Positions 38,824-49,935 of a stretch of DNA of 64,000 nucleotides are shown here, piece by piece (positions within the stretch are counted from its first letter, which is position 1; each line of letters starts with the position of its first letter). A program made the translations under genes and the position numbers. The notes beneath the pieces were generated by a model. That model did not search any database, was not told the origin of the DNA, and saw nothing but the letters and a program-made list of their open reading frames with translations. The stretch comes from Thermoanaerobaculia bacterium (lineage in GTDB: Bacteria > Acidobacteriota > Thermoanaerobaculia > UBA5066 > Gp7-AA6). Where the stretch lies: contig JBBSGZ010000002.1 in the NCBI GenBank assembly GCA_038253555.1, positions 4,224 through 68,223 of the forward strand, written 5' to 3'.

Positions 38824-41715
38824 ATGACGATCGACCCTTTCGGAGCGAGACAGGAGTTTTCTCCGGGGCCGGGGAGAACCGGGGCGTTCTACTCCCTCCC
38901 CGGGCTCGAGAAGGCCGGCATCGGTGCCATCTCGCGCCTGCCCGTCAGCCTGCGCATCGTCCTGGAATCCGTCCTTCGGTCCATGGACGGCAAGCGCATC
39001 CGTGAGGAGGACGTCCGGGCGCTCGCCGGCTGGCAGCCCCGGGCCGAACGCGTCGCCGAGGTGCCGTTTGTCGTCGCGCGGATCCTGCTGCAGGACTTTA
39101 CGGGCGTTCCCCTGCTGGTCGATCTCGCCGCCATGCGGTCTGCCGTCGAGCGGCTCGGAAGGGACCCGTCGGTAATCGAGCCGCTCGTTCCGGTCGCGCT
39201 CGTGATCGACCATTCCGTGCAGGTGGACGTGTGGTCGGTCCCCGACGCGTTCCAGAGGAACATGGACATGGAGTTCCGGCGCAACCGGGCGCGCTACGAG
39301 TTCCTGAAGTGGGGCATGCAGGCGTTCCACGGGTTCGACGTCGTCCCTCCGGGCATCGGCATCTGCCACCAGGTGAACCTCGAGTACCTCGCGCGCGGCG
39401 TCCTCGAGCGCGAGGGGGTCTGGTTCCCCGACACGGTGGTCGGAACCGATTCGCACACCACGATGATCAACGGTCTCGGGATCGTCGGTTGGGGCGTCGG
39501 CGGCATAGAGGCCGAGGCGGGGATGCTCGGGCAGCCCGTCTATTTCCTGGCGCCGGACGTCGTCGGCGTCCACATGACCGGACGGCTCTCGGAAGGCGTC
39601 ACAGCGACGGACCTCGCGCTCCATTGCACGCAGATGCTGCGCGCGGCGAAAGTCGTCGGAAAATTCGTCGAGTTCCACGGCGAGGGGGCGGCGTCGCTCC
39701 CTCTCCCGGACCGCGCGACGATCGCGAACATGGCCCCCGAATACGGCGCGACGATGGGGTACTTCCCCGTCGACGAGGAGTCGTGCCGGTACCTTCTTGC
39801 GACCGGCCGGCCGGAAGAGCAAGTGGCGGCGTTCCGCGCGTACTACCAGGCGCAGGGGCTGTTCGGCATGCCGGCGCCGGGGCAATGCGACTACACCTCC
39901 GTTCTGGAGATCGACCTCGCGACCGTGCGGCCCAGCGTCTCGGGCCCGAAGCGCCCGCAGGACCGGATCGACCTCCCGGATCTGAAGCGCCGCTTCCGCG
40001 AGCTCTTCGGCGCGCCGGTCACCGAAAACGGTTACGGCAAGCGGCCGGAGCAGTTCTCGGAGCGGTACCGCGTGCAGATCGGCTTCGAGGGCTCGACGCC
40101 GGACGCGCCGATGGCCGGGGGCGGCCGCCAGGAGCATCAGACGACCGCGCCGCTCGAAGATAAGGCGGCGCGCACCGACACCAACCCGTGGACCGAGGCG
40201 GAGATGGTCAACAACCGTCCGACCCCGGACCGCGTCGAGGACGTGCCCGAAGAGCACCTTTCGCCCGCCATCGTCACTCTCGGGCACGGCGACGTCCTGA
40301 TCGCGGCAATCACCTCCTGCACGAACACGTCGAACCCGAGCGTGATGCTCGCGGCGGGGCTCGTGGCGCAGAAGGCCGTCGGGCGGGGCCTGACCGTCTC
40401 GCCGAAGGTCAAGGCCTCTCTCGCGCCGGGCTCGCGTGTCGTCACGGAGTACCTGGCGCGCACCGGCCTTCAGGAACCGCTCGACCGCCTGGGATTCAAC
40501 CTCGTGGGCTACGGATGCACGACCTGCATCGGCAACTCGGGCCCGCTCGACCCCGCGATCGAGGAGTCGGTGACGTCGCACGACCTGATCGCCGCCAGCG
40601 TGCTCTCGGGGAACCGCAACTTCGAGGCGCGCGTCCAGCAGAACATCAAGGCGAACTTCCTGATGAGCCCGCCGCTCGTGGTCGCGTTTGCCCTCGCGGG
40701 CCGCGTCGACATCAACATGGCCGAGGAGCCGCTCGGACGCGGGAGCGACGGACGCGACGTTTACTTGCGCGACATCTGGCCGAGCCTGGACGAAGTTCGA
40801 CAGGCGATCGCGCGATCCGTCGATCCCGCCACGTACCGGCGCCTCTACTCGGACTTCATCGAAGCCAACCCGCTCTGGAACGAGATCCCGAGCGCCACCG
40901 GGAAAACGTACCGCTGGGACCCGCACTCGACTTACATCCAGGAGCCGCCGTTCTTCGACCGCTTCAGCATGGTTCCCGAGGGTGTCTGCGACATTCGCAA
41001 CGCGCGCGCCCTCGCGATCTTTGGCGACTCGGTCACGACCGATCACATCAGCCCGGCGGGCGCGATCAAGAAAACCTCCCCCGCGGGTCTCTACCTTCAG
41101 GAGAAGGGCATCGCCCCGGAGGACTTCAACAGCTACGGGTCGCGCCGCGGGAACGACCGCGTGATGACCCGTGGGACGTTCGCCAACGTCCGTATCAAGA
41201 ACCGGATGGTTGCCGGCATCGAGGGCGGCGTGACCGTTTACCAGCCGCACGGGGAGCAGATCTCGATTTACGAAGCCGCCCTCCGTTACCAGGCCGGGCA
41301 CATTCCTCTCGTGGTCTTCGCGGGGCAGGAATATGGCTCGGGGAGCTCTCGGGACTGGGCCGCGAAGGGCACGCGGCTCCTCGGCGTCCGCGCGGTCGTC
41401 GCGCAGAGCTTCGAAAGGATCCACCGATCGAACCTCGTCTTCATGGGCATCCTCCCCTGCCAGTTTCCGGACGGGGCAAATGCCGAAAGCCTGGGTATCA
41501 CGGGGACGGAAACGTACGACATCACCGGCCTCGGAGAGGGGATTCGCCCGCGGCAGTCGGTCGAGCTCACCGTCCGCTCGGCCGACAAGACGGAGAAGCG
41601 AATCCCCCTGCTGGTGCGTATCGACACGCCGATCGAGGCGGATTACTACCGGCACGGAGGCATCCTGCCGTACGTGCTGCGGCACCTCCTCGCCACGGAG
41701 GCCCCGGCCGTCTGA
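38824..41715 (+). CDS. acnA: aconitate hydratase A
   Basis: 963 aa colinear with AcnA: Fe-S ligands in [10 protein letters not shown] and [10 protein letters not shown], and the swivel domain SRRGND... Confidence 0.95.
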   Translation: MTIDPFGARQEFSPGPGRTGAFYSLPGLEKAGIGAISRLPVSLRIVLESVLRSMDGKRIREEDVRALAGWQPRAERVAEVPFVVARILLQDFTGVPLLVDLAAMRSAVERLGRDPSVIEPLVPVALVIDHSVQVDVWSVPDAFQRNMDMEFRRNRARYEFLKWGMQAFHGFDVVPPGIGICHQVNLEYLARGVLEREGVWFPDTVVGTDSHTTMINGLGIVGWGVGGIEAEAGMLGQPVYFLAPDVVGVHMTGRLSEGVTATDLALHCTQMLRAAKVVGKFVEFHGEGAASLPLPDRATIANMAPEYGATMGYFPVDEESCRYLLATGRPEEQVAAFRAYYQAQGLFGMPAPGQCDYTSVLEIDLATVRPSVSGPKRPQDRIDLPDLKRRFRELFGAPVTENGYGKRPEQFSERYRVQIGFEGSTPDAPMAGGGRQEHQTTAPLEDKAARTDTNPWTEAEMVNNRPTPDRVEDVPEEHLSPAIVTLGHGDVLIAAITSCTNTSNPSVMLAAGLVAQKAVGRGLTVSPKVKASLAPGSRVVTEYLARTGLQEPLDRLGFNLVGYGCTTCIGNSGPLDPAIEESVTSHDLIAASVLSGNRNFEARVQQNIKANFLMSPPLVVAFALAGRVDINMAEEPLGRGSDGRDVYLRDIWPSLDEVRQAIARSVDPATYRRLYSDFIEANPLWNEIPSATGKTYRWDPHSTYIQEPPFFDRFSMVPEGVCDIRNARALAIFGDSVTTDHISPAGAIKKTSPAGLYLQEKGIAPEDFNSYGSRRGNDRVMTRGTFANVRIKNRMVAGIEGGVTVYQPHGEQISIYEAALRYQAGHIPLVVFAGQEYGSGSSRDWAAKGTRLLGVRAVVAQSFERIHRSNLVFMGILPCQFPDGANAESLGITGTETYDITGLGEGIRPRQSVELTVRSADKTEKRIPLLVRIDTPIEADYYRHGGILPYVLRHLLATEAPAV

Positions 41716-41767
41716 CCGTGGACATCGGTCGTGTTCCCGGATCGAGGCGGTAGAATTTGCCCGTTTG

Positions 41768-42826
41768 ATGCCTGCACCCACACCGTCGTCCGGACGGCGG
41801 CTCGTAGACGCCTGTTTTGCCCGTCCCGTCGACCGCCCGCCGGTCTGGATGATGCGGCAGGCGGGCCGGTACCTGCCCGAGTACCGCGAGGTGCGGCGCA
41901 CCGTGTCCTTCTGGGACCTCTGCCGGAACGCGGACCTCGCCGCGGAGGTCTCGCTCCAGCCCTTTCGCCGGTTCGATCCCGACGGGGTGATTTTCTTCTC
42001 GGACATCCTCGTCCCGGTCGCCGCGATGGGCGCGAAGGTCGAGTTCACGGAAGGGGGGCCGCATCTCCCCGAGCCGGTGCGGTCGAGCTCGGACGTGCGC
42101 CGGCTTCACCGCTTCGACCCGGCGGAGTCGATCGGCTTTACCGGAAAAATCCTGTCGTCGCTGCGCGCGAGTGTGGGCGACAACGCCGCGGTGCTCGGCT
42201 TCTGCGGCGCCCCCTGGACGCTCGCCTCGTATCTGATCGAGGGCGGCGGCTCGAAGTCGTTCTCGGGGATCAAGGAAATGATGGGGCGGGACCGCGAGAC
42301 CCTCGGCCGGCTCCTCGACCTTCTCGCGGACGTCGTGGGCGACGTGCTGTCCTTCCAGATCGCGTCGGGCGCTCAGGCGGTTCAGCTCTTCGACACCTGG
42401 GCCGGAGAGCTCACCGCCGAGGATTATCGGGCGTGGGCGCTTCCCGCCGTCGCGCGAGCCATCTCCCGCATCGACCGGCGGGGCGCTCCGGTCCTGCTGT
42501 ACGTGAATGGCTGCGGACACCTGCTCGAGGAAATGGCGAAATCGGGCGCGGACGTCCTCTCGATCGACTGGCGGGTGCCGCTCGCCGAGGCCCGCCGCCG
42601 GGTGCCGGCTCTCGCCCTGCAGGGCAACCTCGATCCGGGGATCCTCCTCGGCGAGCCGGCGGAAGTCGGGCGCCGGACGCGCGACATGGTCCGCGCCACG
42701 GAAGGTCGAGCGCACATCGTGAACCTCGGCCACGGTGTGCTGCCCCCCTCTCGGATCGACTGTGTCGAGGCGTTCTTCTCCGCCGCCCGGGAGCCGCTCA
42801 CAGTTTCCACCGAGGTGCGCGGGTGA
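41768..42826 (+). CDS. hemE: uroporphyrinogen decarboxylase
   Basis: PVWMMRQAGRYLPEYREVR signature. ATG at 41768; upstream ORF part is extension. Confidence 0.9.
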   Translation: MPAPTPSSGRRLVDACFARPVDRPPVWMMRQAGRYLPEYREVRRTVSFWDLCRNADLAAEVSLQPFRRFDPDGVIFFSDILVPVAAMGAKVEFTEGGPHLPEPVRSSSDVRRLHRFDPAESIGFTGKILSSLRASVGDNAAVLGFCGAPWTLASYLIEGGGSKSFSGIKEMMGRDRETLGRLLDLLADVVGDVLSFQIASGAQAVQLFDTWAGELTAEDYRAWALPAVARAISRIDRRGAPVLLYVNGCGHLLEEMAKSGADVLSIDWRVPLAEARRRVPALALQGNLDPGILLGEPAEVGRRTRDMVRATEGRAHIVNLGHGVLPPSRIDCVEAFFSAAREPLTVSTEVRG

Positions 42827-44211
42827 CGGACGGCATCGGCCGCCTGTCGGTCGATCTTCTCCGGCGCTACAACGTCCAGGGCCCCCGGTACACGTCGTAC
42901 CCGACCGCTCCCGTCTGGAAGGAGGGCCTCGGCCCGCGCGACTACGAGCAGCTGCTGGTGGAAAGCGCGGGCGAGCCCGAGCCGCGGCCGCTTTCGCTCT
43001 ACCTCCACCTGCCCTTCTGCGAAAAGCTCTGCTACTTCTGCGGCTGCACGGTCGTCATTACGGGGACGGAGCACCGGCTGGAAGACCCGTACCTTTCAAC
43101 ACTCGCCCGGGAGATCGACTGGGTGGCGGCACGGGCGGGGCGCGGACGCCGCGTCGTCCAGCTTCATCTCGGCGGCGGCACGCCCACCTATTTCGCCCCC
43201 GAAAAGCTCGAGGCTCTCCTGGCCCGGCTTCGTGAAAGCTTCGACTTCTCTCCCGACGCCGAGCTCGGCGTCGAGGTCGACCCGCGCGTCACGACGACGG
43301 AGCATCTCCGGGCGCTGGCGCGCGCGGGTTTCAACCGGCTCTCTATGGGAGTCCAGGATTTCGACCCGCGCGTCCAGGCCGCGATCAACCGGATCCAGCC
43401 GTTCGAGGACACGCGCGCGCTGGTCGACGAGGCGCGCCGGCTCGGTTTCCTCAGCATCAACATGGACCTCATCTACGGGCTTCCGTACCAGACGCCCGGG
43501 ACTTTCGGCGAGACGATCGACCGGGTCCTCCAGATCGGCCCCGACCGCCTGGCGGTCTACTCGTACGCAAACGTCCCGTGGATGAAGAAGCACCAGAGGA
43601 TCCTGGAACCGCACCTCCCGAGCGAGGCGGAAAAATTCGGGATCTTCCAGACCGCTCTCGAGCGGTTCCAGGATGCGGGGTTCGAGTACATCGGCATGGA
43701 CCATTTCGCCCGGCCGGACGACGAGCTCGCCCGCGCGCGGAAAAGCCGCACACTGCATCGCAACTTTCAGGGTTATACGACCAAGGCCGGCACGGATCTC
43801 ATCGGGATGGGGATGAGCGCGATCGGCGAAGTCGGCGACGGCTACGTCCAGAACGCCCGCGACCTCGCGCCCTATCGCGCGGCCGTCGAACGCGACGGCG
43901 CCGCGACGTTCCGGGGCTTCCGCCTCTCCGCGGACGATCGGCTGCGCCGCAGCGTCATCCAGCGCCTCCTCTGCCACGGCGTCATCGTGAAAGCGGACGT
44001 CGAGAGAGAGTTCGGTATCCGGTTCGACGGCCTTTTCGCCGACGCCCTCGAGAGCCTCCGCCCGCTCGCCGACGACGGTCTCGTCGAGCTCCTGCCGTCG
44101 GAAATCCGGGCGACGCCGGTGGGACGGGTCTTCCTTCGCAATCTCGCAATGCCTTTCGACGCGTATCTCTCGGTCCCCGCGGACCGGCCCGTATTCTCGA
44201 GGACGCTTTGA
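42824..44211 (+). CDS. hemN: oxygen-independent coproporphyrinogen III oxidase (radical SAM)
   Basis: N-terminal RYNVQGPRYTSYPTAPVW HemN signature and the CYFCGC radical-SAM cluster. GTG start overlaps the hemE stop (GTGA). Confidence 0.9.
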
Positions 44212-44239
44212 GGGCGTGGCTCTCGCGGCCGGCAGCCTC

Positions 44240-45235
44240 ATGACGTCGCGGGCCATCCTCTTTCTCCAGCTCGGCGGCCCGGAGACGCTGGACGACGTGC
44301 CCGGATTTCTCTATCGCCTGTTCTCCGATCCCGACGTGATCCGGGTCAAGCCGGCGCTCCTCCGGAAGGCCATCGCCGCAACGATCGCGCTGGCGCGCCA
44401 GAAGGCTTCGCGCGAGCTCTACCGCGCGATCGGCGGCGGATCGCCGATCCGGCGCCTCACCGACCAGCAGGCTGCGGGCGTCGAACGGCGCCTCGCGGAA
44501 GGGGGACGCGCTGTCCCCGTCAGGACCGCCATGACCTGTTCCGCCCCGCTCGTGGAGCACGTGGTCCGCGACCTCGCGCGCTCCGGGGTCGACCGCTTCC
44601 TCGCCGTCCCTCTCTACCCCCAGTACTCGCTGACTACGACGAAAGGCGCGCTCGAGCGCTCGCGCGAGGCCGTCCGCCGCCACGCGCCCGGCGCGACGCT
44701 CGTCGAGATGTGCTCGTGGCCGACGCACCCCCTGTTCGTGAAGGCCCACGCCGACGCGATCGCGATCGAGATGGCGAAGTTTCCGGACCCTCGCCCCGAG
44801 GCCATCCACCTGTTGTTTTCGGCGCACTCGATCCCGAAGAAGCTCGTGACGCGCGACGGCGATCCGTATCAGAGGGAGGTGGAAGCCTCCGTGGCGGCGA
44901 TCGCGGAGCGCCTCGGCGGATCGTCTCCGCGCTCTCTCGCGTATCAGTCCAAACTGGGTCCAGTGGAGTGGCTGGGACCTCAGACGCTCGACGTGCTGGG
45001 CGAGCTCGGGCGGGAGGGGACCTCCCAGGTCCTGGTCATCCCGATCGCTTTCGTGACCGACCACGTGGAGACGCTGTACGAGGTCGACCAGCTCTTCGGA
45101 GACGCGGCCCGGGCGGCGGGGATCGCCCATTTCCGGAGAACGCCGGGGTTGAACGACGATCCGACGTTTCTGTCGGCTCTCGAGGACATCGTCCTGTCGC
45201 AGCCGGCGTTCTGGTCGGACGCGCCCGCGGCCTGA
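44240..45235 (+). CDS. hemH: ferrochelatase
   Basis: ILFLQLGGPETLDDVPGFLYRLFSD... N-terminus, about 330 aa. Confidence 0.9.
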   Translation: MTSRAILFLQLGGPETLDDVPGFLYRLFSDPDVIRVKPALLRKAIAATIALARQKASRELYRAIGGGSPIRRLTDQQAAGVERRLAEGGRAVPVRTAMTCSAPLVEHVVRDLARSGVDRFLAVPLYPQYSLTTTKGALERSREAVRRHAPGATLVEMCSWPTHPLFVKAHADAIAIEMAKFPDPRPEAIHLLFSAHSIPKKLVTRDGDPYQREVEASVAAIAERLGGSSPRSLAYQSKLGPVEWLGPQTLDVLGELGREGTSQVLVIPIAFVTDHVETLYEVDQLFGDAARAAGIAHFRRTPGLNDDPTFLSALEDIVLSQPAFWSDAPAA

Positions 45236-45236
45236 C

Positions 45237-46607
45237 GTGACGACCGTCGTCGTCGGAGGCGGGCTCGCGGGCTTGATCTGCGCGCGTTCGCTCGCGGCGG
45301 GCGGTGAGGACGTCCGGCTGCTCGAGAAGTCGGACCGGCCGGGCGGCGTCGTTCGCACCGAGCGCCGGGACGGCTTTCTCCTGGAGCTCGGGCCCAACAC
45401 GGTTCGGCCCACCCCGGAGCTGCTCGCAATCGTCCGGGAGCTCGGCCTCGAATCGGAGATGGTTCTTTCGAGCCCGCGTCTCCCCCGGTACATCGAGTGG
45501 AACGGAGCCCTGCATGCGCTCCCGTCTTCGCCCCTGGCGTTGGCGAAGACGCGGCTTCTCTCCCCAAAGGGGAAACTGCGGCTCCTGGGCGAGCCGTTCG
45601 TGTCCCGCGCCGCGGTCTCCACCGACCCGGAGACCGTGCGCTCCTTTTTTACCCGCCGCCTCGGCCCCGAAGCGGCCGACCGGTTCATCGCGCCTTTCGT
45701 CGCCGGAATCTTCGCGGGCGACCCGTTGCGGCTATCGGCGGCAGACGCCTTCCCGGCCTTGACGCGAGGCGAACGGCGGCACGGGAGCCTTTTCGCGACG
45801 GCCATCGGCGCCGTGCGCCAACGCGATCGGTCGCGTCCGCGAGTCCGGGGCCTCCTCTCCTTCCGAAGCGGCCTCGAGACTCTGCCCCGCGCGCTGGCCG
45901 GCGCGCTCGGGGAGCGGCTCGAGAAGGAAACTTCGGTGGAGTCGATCTGCCCGGAAAGGGGCGGGTGGGTCGTCCAGACCTCGCGCGGGACCTTCCGGGC
46001 GCAGAGGGTCATCCTCGCCTGCGCCGCCGGCGAGAGCGCCGGCTTCGTGAGGGGGTTCGACGCCGAGGCCGCCGTGGCTCTCTCCTCGATCCCGTACCCG
46101 CCGGTCGCGGTCCTTCACTTCTCCTGGCCGGCGCAGGACCTGCGCGCTCCGCTCCGGGGGTTCGGCCATCTCGTCGTTCCGACGCCCGGCCGGCGCGTGC
46201 TCGGCGCCGTCTGGAGCTCCAGCCTCTTTTCGGGACGCGCCCCGGAAGGTCAGACTCTCGTGACGGCGTTTGCCGGCGGCGCCGGCGATTCCGCCGCGGC
46301 CCGTCTCTCAGACGGCGAGCTCGAAGGCATCGCGGCCCGCGAGCTCTCCGAGTCCCTGGGAGCGACCTCGCCCCCGCGGCTGGTCGCCCTGACGCGATGG
46401 CCGCGCGCGATTCCGCAGTACGAGATCGGTCACGCGCACAGGATGGCGGTCCTGGACCGCGTGGAGGCGCGTTGGCCCGGGCTCCTCTTTCTGGGAAGTT
46501 ACCGGGGAGGCATCTCGGTGGGCGACGTGGTGAAGAACGCGCTTGCCGTCCCTCCCGCGGATCTGGCGGAGAGTCCGGCGCCCGAGCTGCTGGCGCGCCT
46601 CCGTTGA
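45237..46607 (+). CDS. hemY: FAD-dependent protoporphyrinogen/coproporphyrinogen oxidase (HemY/PgoX-CgoX family)
   Basis: VVVGGGLAGLICARSLAAGGEDVRLLEKSDRPGG dinucleotide-binding motif, about 455 aa, located after hemH. Confidence 0.85.
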   Translation: MTTVVVGGGLAGLICARSLAAGGEDVRLLEKSDRPGGVVRTERRDGFLLELGPNTVRPTPELLAIVRELGLESEMVLSSPRLPRYIEWNGALHALPSSPLALAKTRLLSPKGKLRLLGEPFVSRAAVSTDPETVRSFFTRRLGPEAADRFIAPFVAGIFAGDPLRLSAADAFPALTRGERRHGSLFATAIGAVRQRDRSRPRVRGLLSFRSGLETLPRALAGALGERLEKETSVESICPERGGWVVQTSRGTFRAQRVILACAAGESAGFVRGFDAEAAVALSSIPYPPVAVLHFSWPAQDLRAPLRGFGHLVVPTPGRRVLGAVWSSSLFSGRAPEGQTLVTAFAGGAGDSAAARLSDGELEGIAARELSESLGATSPPRLVALTRWPRAIPQYEIGHAHRMAVLDRVEARWPGLLFLGSYRGGISVGDVVKNALAVPPADLAESPAPELLARLR

Positions 46608-46617
46608 GGGCCGACGC

Positions 46618-47646
46618 ATGGCGCTGACGATCCGGACGGAAAGCCTTCGAAAAGTCTACACCTCCGCGCCGCCCTCTGCTTCGGCGGGGCGCGGCATCGC
46701 GGGCGCGCCCTTTGCCTGGCGCGGCCCGTCCGCCGGACGGCAGCGGGTCGACGTCGTCGCTCTCGACGACCTGACGCTGGAGGTCGCGGCGGGAGAGATC
46801 TTCGGGCTGCTCGGACCAAACGGCGCCGGGAAATCGACGACGGTCGGCATCCTGACGACCCGGGTGCGCCCGACGGCGGGGCGCGCGTGGATCGGGGACG
46901 AGGAAGTGTGGAAGCGACGGGTCTCGGTCAAACGCCGGATCGGAGTGGTCCCGCAGCGGCCCAACCTGGACTTTGCGCTGACCGCCCGCGAGATCCTCCT
47001 GTTTCACGGCGCCTATTTCGGGATCGCGCCCGGCGAGCGTCAGACGCGCGCCAGAGCGCTCCTGGACCGCTTTCAGCTCACCGATCGCGCCGACCAGCTC
47101 GTCGTCGGATTTTCCGGCGGGATGATGCAGCGGCTGTCGATCGCGCGCGCGATGATGCACGAGCCGGACGTGCTTTTCCTGGACGAGCCGTCGTCGGGCC
47201 TCGACCCGCAGACCCGGCTCCTGCTCTGGGAGATCGTGCGGGAGTACGGCGCGCGCGGGCGTACGATCGTGCTCACGACGCACAACATGGAAGAGGCCGA
47301 CGATCTCTGCGGGCGCGTGGCGATCGTGGACCACGGCCGCGTCATCGCGCTCGGCTCGCCCGAAGCCCTGAAGGCCACCGTGCCGGGCGGGCACGTGATC
47401 CGGCTGCAGGTCTCGCCCCGCTCGCCGGAGCTGATGGATTCCCTGTCCGACGCTGGAGGCGTCACGCAGGTTCGGCCGGTGGGCGCGTCCGGGGCGGACG
47501 TGTACGCCGATCGCGGGGGGCCCCTCGTGCCGGATCTCTTGAACCGCGTGCTCGCCGCCGGCGCGGTCGTCTCCGACGTGCACATCTCCGAGCCGTCGCT
47601 CGAGAACCTGTTTCTTCACCACACCGGCCGGAGCCTTCGGGATTGA
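46618..47646 (+). CDS. ABC transporter ATP-binding protein (ABC-2/DrrA-like)
   Basis: Walker A GPNGAGKSTT, signature FSGGMMQRLSIARAM, Walker B VLFLDEPSSGLD. Starts 10 nt after hemY. Confidence 0.9.
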   Translation: MALTIRTESLRKVYTSAPPSASAGRGIAGAPFAWRGPSAGRQRVDVVALDDLTLEVAAGEIFGLLGPNGAGKSTTVGILTTRVRPTAGRAWIGDEEVWKRRVSVKRRIGVVPQRPNLDFALTAREILLFHGAYFGIAPGERQTRARALLDRFQLTDRADQLVVGFSGGMMQRLSIARAMMHEPDVLFLDEPSSGLDPQTRLLLWEIVREYGARGRTIVLTTHNMEEADDLCGRVAIVDHGRVIALGSPEALKATVPGGHVIRLQVSPRSPELMDSLSDAGGVTQVRPVGASGADVYADRGGPLVPDLLNRVLAAGAVVSDVHISEPSLENLFLHHTGRSLRD

Positions 47647-48410
47647 CGAAGACGTTCTTTGCGCTGCTGTCCCGGGACGCGCATGTCGCGCGCCGGAACT
47701 TCGTTCCTCTCCTCCTGCAGACTCTGCTGCAGCCGATGCTGCTCGTTTTCGTCTTCGGCCGGGTCCTGACGACCAGCGGGTACATGCCCGTCGAATACAA
47801 GAGCCTCCTGCTCCCCGGCATCATCGCGCTCGCGATGATGCTCGCCGGGATCCAGGCCGTCGCGATGCCCGTCATTTCGGAATTTCAGTTCACGAAGGAG
47901 ATCGAGGACCGCCTGCTCGCGCCGATAGAGATCGAGTGGGTCGCCGTCGAGAAGATCTTCGCCGGGATGATTCAGGCGCTCGTCGCGGGGCTCGTCGTCC
48001 TGCCGGCCGCCTGGTTCACGATGGGGCGCGGCGTGGCCCTCGCGTTCCCGCATCCCGTCTACTTCGGCGTCCTGTGCCTCGCCGTCGCTCTCCTTTCCTC
48101 CTCGATCGGTCTGACGCTCGGATGCTCGGTGGGACAGACGCAGATCGGGCTGATGTTCAGCCTGGTTCTGGCGCCGATGATCTTCTTCGGCTGCACGTAC
48201 TACCCCTGGACCGCGCTCGACAAGTTTCCGATCCTGCAGAAGATCGTCCTGATCAATCCGATGGTCTATTCGAGCGAGGGCCTGCGTTCCGCCCTGGTCC
48301 CCCAGTTTCCGCACCTGCCGATGGCCGCCGTCGCCGGCGGACTCATTTTCTTCAACGCTCTTTTTGTCTCGCTCGGGATCCGGCAGTTCCGGCGGAAGGC
48401 CGTGCTCTAG
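47643..48410 (+). CDS. ABC-2 type transporter permease
   Basis: Six TM segments. TTG start overlaps the ATPase stop (TTGA). Confidence 0.8.
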   Translation: MTKTFFALLSRDAHVARRNFVPLLLQTLLQPMLLVFVFGRVLTTSGYMPVEYKSLLLPGIIALAMMLAGIQAVAMPVISEFQFTKEIEDRLLAPIEIEWVAVEKIFAGMIQALVAGLVVLPAAWFTMGRGVALAFPHPVYFGVLCLAVALLSSSIGLTLGCSVGQTQIGLMFSLVLAPMIFFGCTYYPWTALDKFPILQKIVLINPMVYSSEGLRSALVPQFPHLPMAAVAGGLIFFNALFVSLGIRQFRRKAVL

Positions 48411-48950
48411 TCATCGGGTCGGGGCGGGGTCTTCTTTGTGATCCGACGGTTCACTCTTCAACGCTTTCTGCTCTTCCGCGGTCAATTCCGGGAGGTGGCG
48501 CAGAAAAGCGACGATCATCCAGATTGCATCCGGCTTGTGAGTGGGGGAAAAGGCGGGCATCCCGGTCGTCCGAATGCCGTTCGCGACCAGCCAGAACAGC
48601 TCCCCGTCGGGCCTCGCCTGGACGCGCGGCAGCGTGAGATCGGGAGCGGGAGGATTCAAACCCATCCCGAGCTCTGCCGCCGCGACGCCGGGCGCGGCGT
48701 GGCACATGACGCAGTTCTCGCGGTATTGCGCGAGGCCGACCTTCCACGTGTCCGGGGTCGCCGGCTGCGGGTTCTTAGCGGCCGGCGCGCGGTGGGCCAC
48801 GGAGCGGTTCAAGGCGAACTGCGCGACGCGCGCCTCGAGCCGTGACGGACTCGCGGTCGCCGCGACGTTGTAGCCGCCCGTCGCGACCACGACCGCGATG
48901 ATCGCGCCGACGAGGAAGAAGCCGAACAGAATTCCGGAAACAAAACGCAT
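48411..48950 (-). CDS. membrane-anchored mono-haem c-type cytochrome
   Basis: N-terminal TM helix, CVMCH haem-binding motif, distal Met in GMPAF. Confidence 0.8.
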   Translation of the reverse strand: MRFVSGILFGFFLVGAIIAVVVATGGYNVAATASPSRLEARVAQFALNRSVAHRAPAAKNPQPATPDTWKVGLAQYRENCVMCHAAPGVAAAELGMGLNPPAPDLTLPRVQARPDGELFWLVANGIRTTGMPAFSPTHKPDAIWMIVAFLRHLPELTAEEQKALKSEPSDHKEDPAPTR

Positions 48951-48975
48951 TTCGACTCCTTCGGCGCGCGCCGTT

Positions 48976-49935
48976 TCAGGCGTGCCCGCGGTTGGACGCG
49001 TGGCACGTCATTTCCGAGCCCCACTCGACCTGGATGGTGGCGTGGTCGACGCCCGCCGCATCCTTCAGCACCTGCTGGACCGCAAGAAGGACGTCGCCGC
49101 GCGGCGTCTCCGGGGCGGCGCGGATGTGCACGCTCGCCGAATGCACACCGGAGGTCAGGGTCCAAAGGTGCAGGTCGTGGATCGCCTCGACGCCGGGGAC
49201 GCGGAGCACCGCCTCCCGAACCTCCGCGGGATCGATGCCTCCCGGAGAGCCCTCGAGAAGGATGTGCGCGGACTGCCTGAGAAGCCCCGCGGCTCGCGGA
49301 AGAATGAACAGCGCGACCGCCGCCGACACGGCCGGGTCGAGCCAGAGCCATCCCGTGCGCGGGATCGCGATCGCGGCCGCCAGGACGGCCGCGGAACCGA
49401 GCATGTCCGTGAACACCTCGAGGTAGGCGGCGCGCATGTTCAGGTTTTCGGCTGCTCTGTGCGTGGGACCGTGTCCGTGTCCGTGGACGGGCGAGAGCAG
49501 GCGCATCGCCGCGAGATTCGCGGCCAGAGCGAATAACGCCACCCACAACATCACGCCGGTGCGCACCGGCACCGGGGACGAAAAGCGCAGCGCCGCCTCG
49601 ACTAAAATTCCCACGGCCATCAGGACCAGGATCTCGGCGTTGACGAAGGCCGCGAGGATCTCCGCCCGGTACAGGCCGTAGCTGTGCCGCCCGGTAGGAG
49701 CTCGGCCCGCCACCGTGATGGCGGCGTACGCCAGGATGAGCGCCGCGATGTCGGCGAAGAGATGCGCGGCATCCGCGAGGAGAGCGAGACTTCCGGAGAC
49801 GATGCCGCCGACGATCTCGAGAGCGAGGACCACGGCCGTCAGGGCGAGCGCGGCGCGAAGCCGTCGGCGGCGCCCCTCGCGCTCCGAAGCCGGGTGATTT
49901 CCCTCGTTCTCCGCAGGCCACCCCGCGGCGCTCAT
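48976..49935 (-). CDS. cation diffusion facilitator family transporter (CzcD-like)
   Basis: CDF signature SLALLADAAHLFADIAALILAY, His-rich loop HGHGHGPTH, C-terminal cytoplasmic domain. ATG overlaps the stop of the upstream Mo-enzyme (ATGA). Confidence 0.85.
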   Translation of the reverse strand: MSAAGWPAENEGNHPASEREGRRRRLRAALALTAVVLALEIVGGIVSGSLALLADAAHLFADIAALILAYAAITVAGRAPTGRHSYGLYRAEILAAFVNAEILVLMAVGILVEAALRFSSPVPVRTGVMLWVALFALAANLAAMRLLSPVHGHGHGPTHRAAENLNMRAAYLEVFTDMLGSAAVLAAAIAIPRTGWLWLDPAVSAAVALFILPRAAGLLRQSAHILLEGSPGGIDPAEVREAVLRVPGVEAIHDLHLWTLTSGVHSASVHIRAAPETPRGDVLLAVQQVLKDAAGVDHATIQVEWGSEMTCHASNRGHA

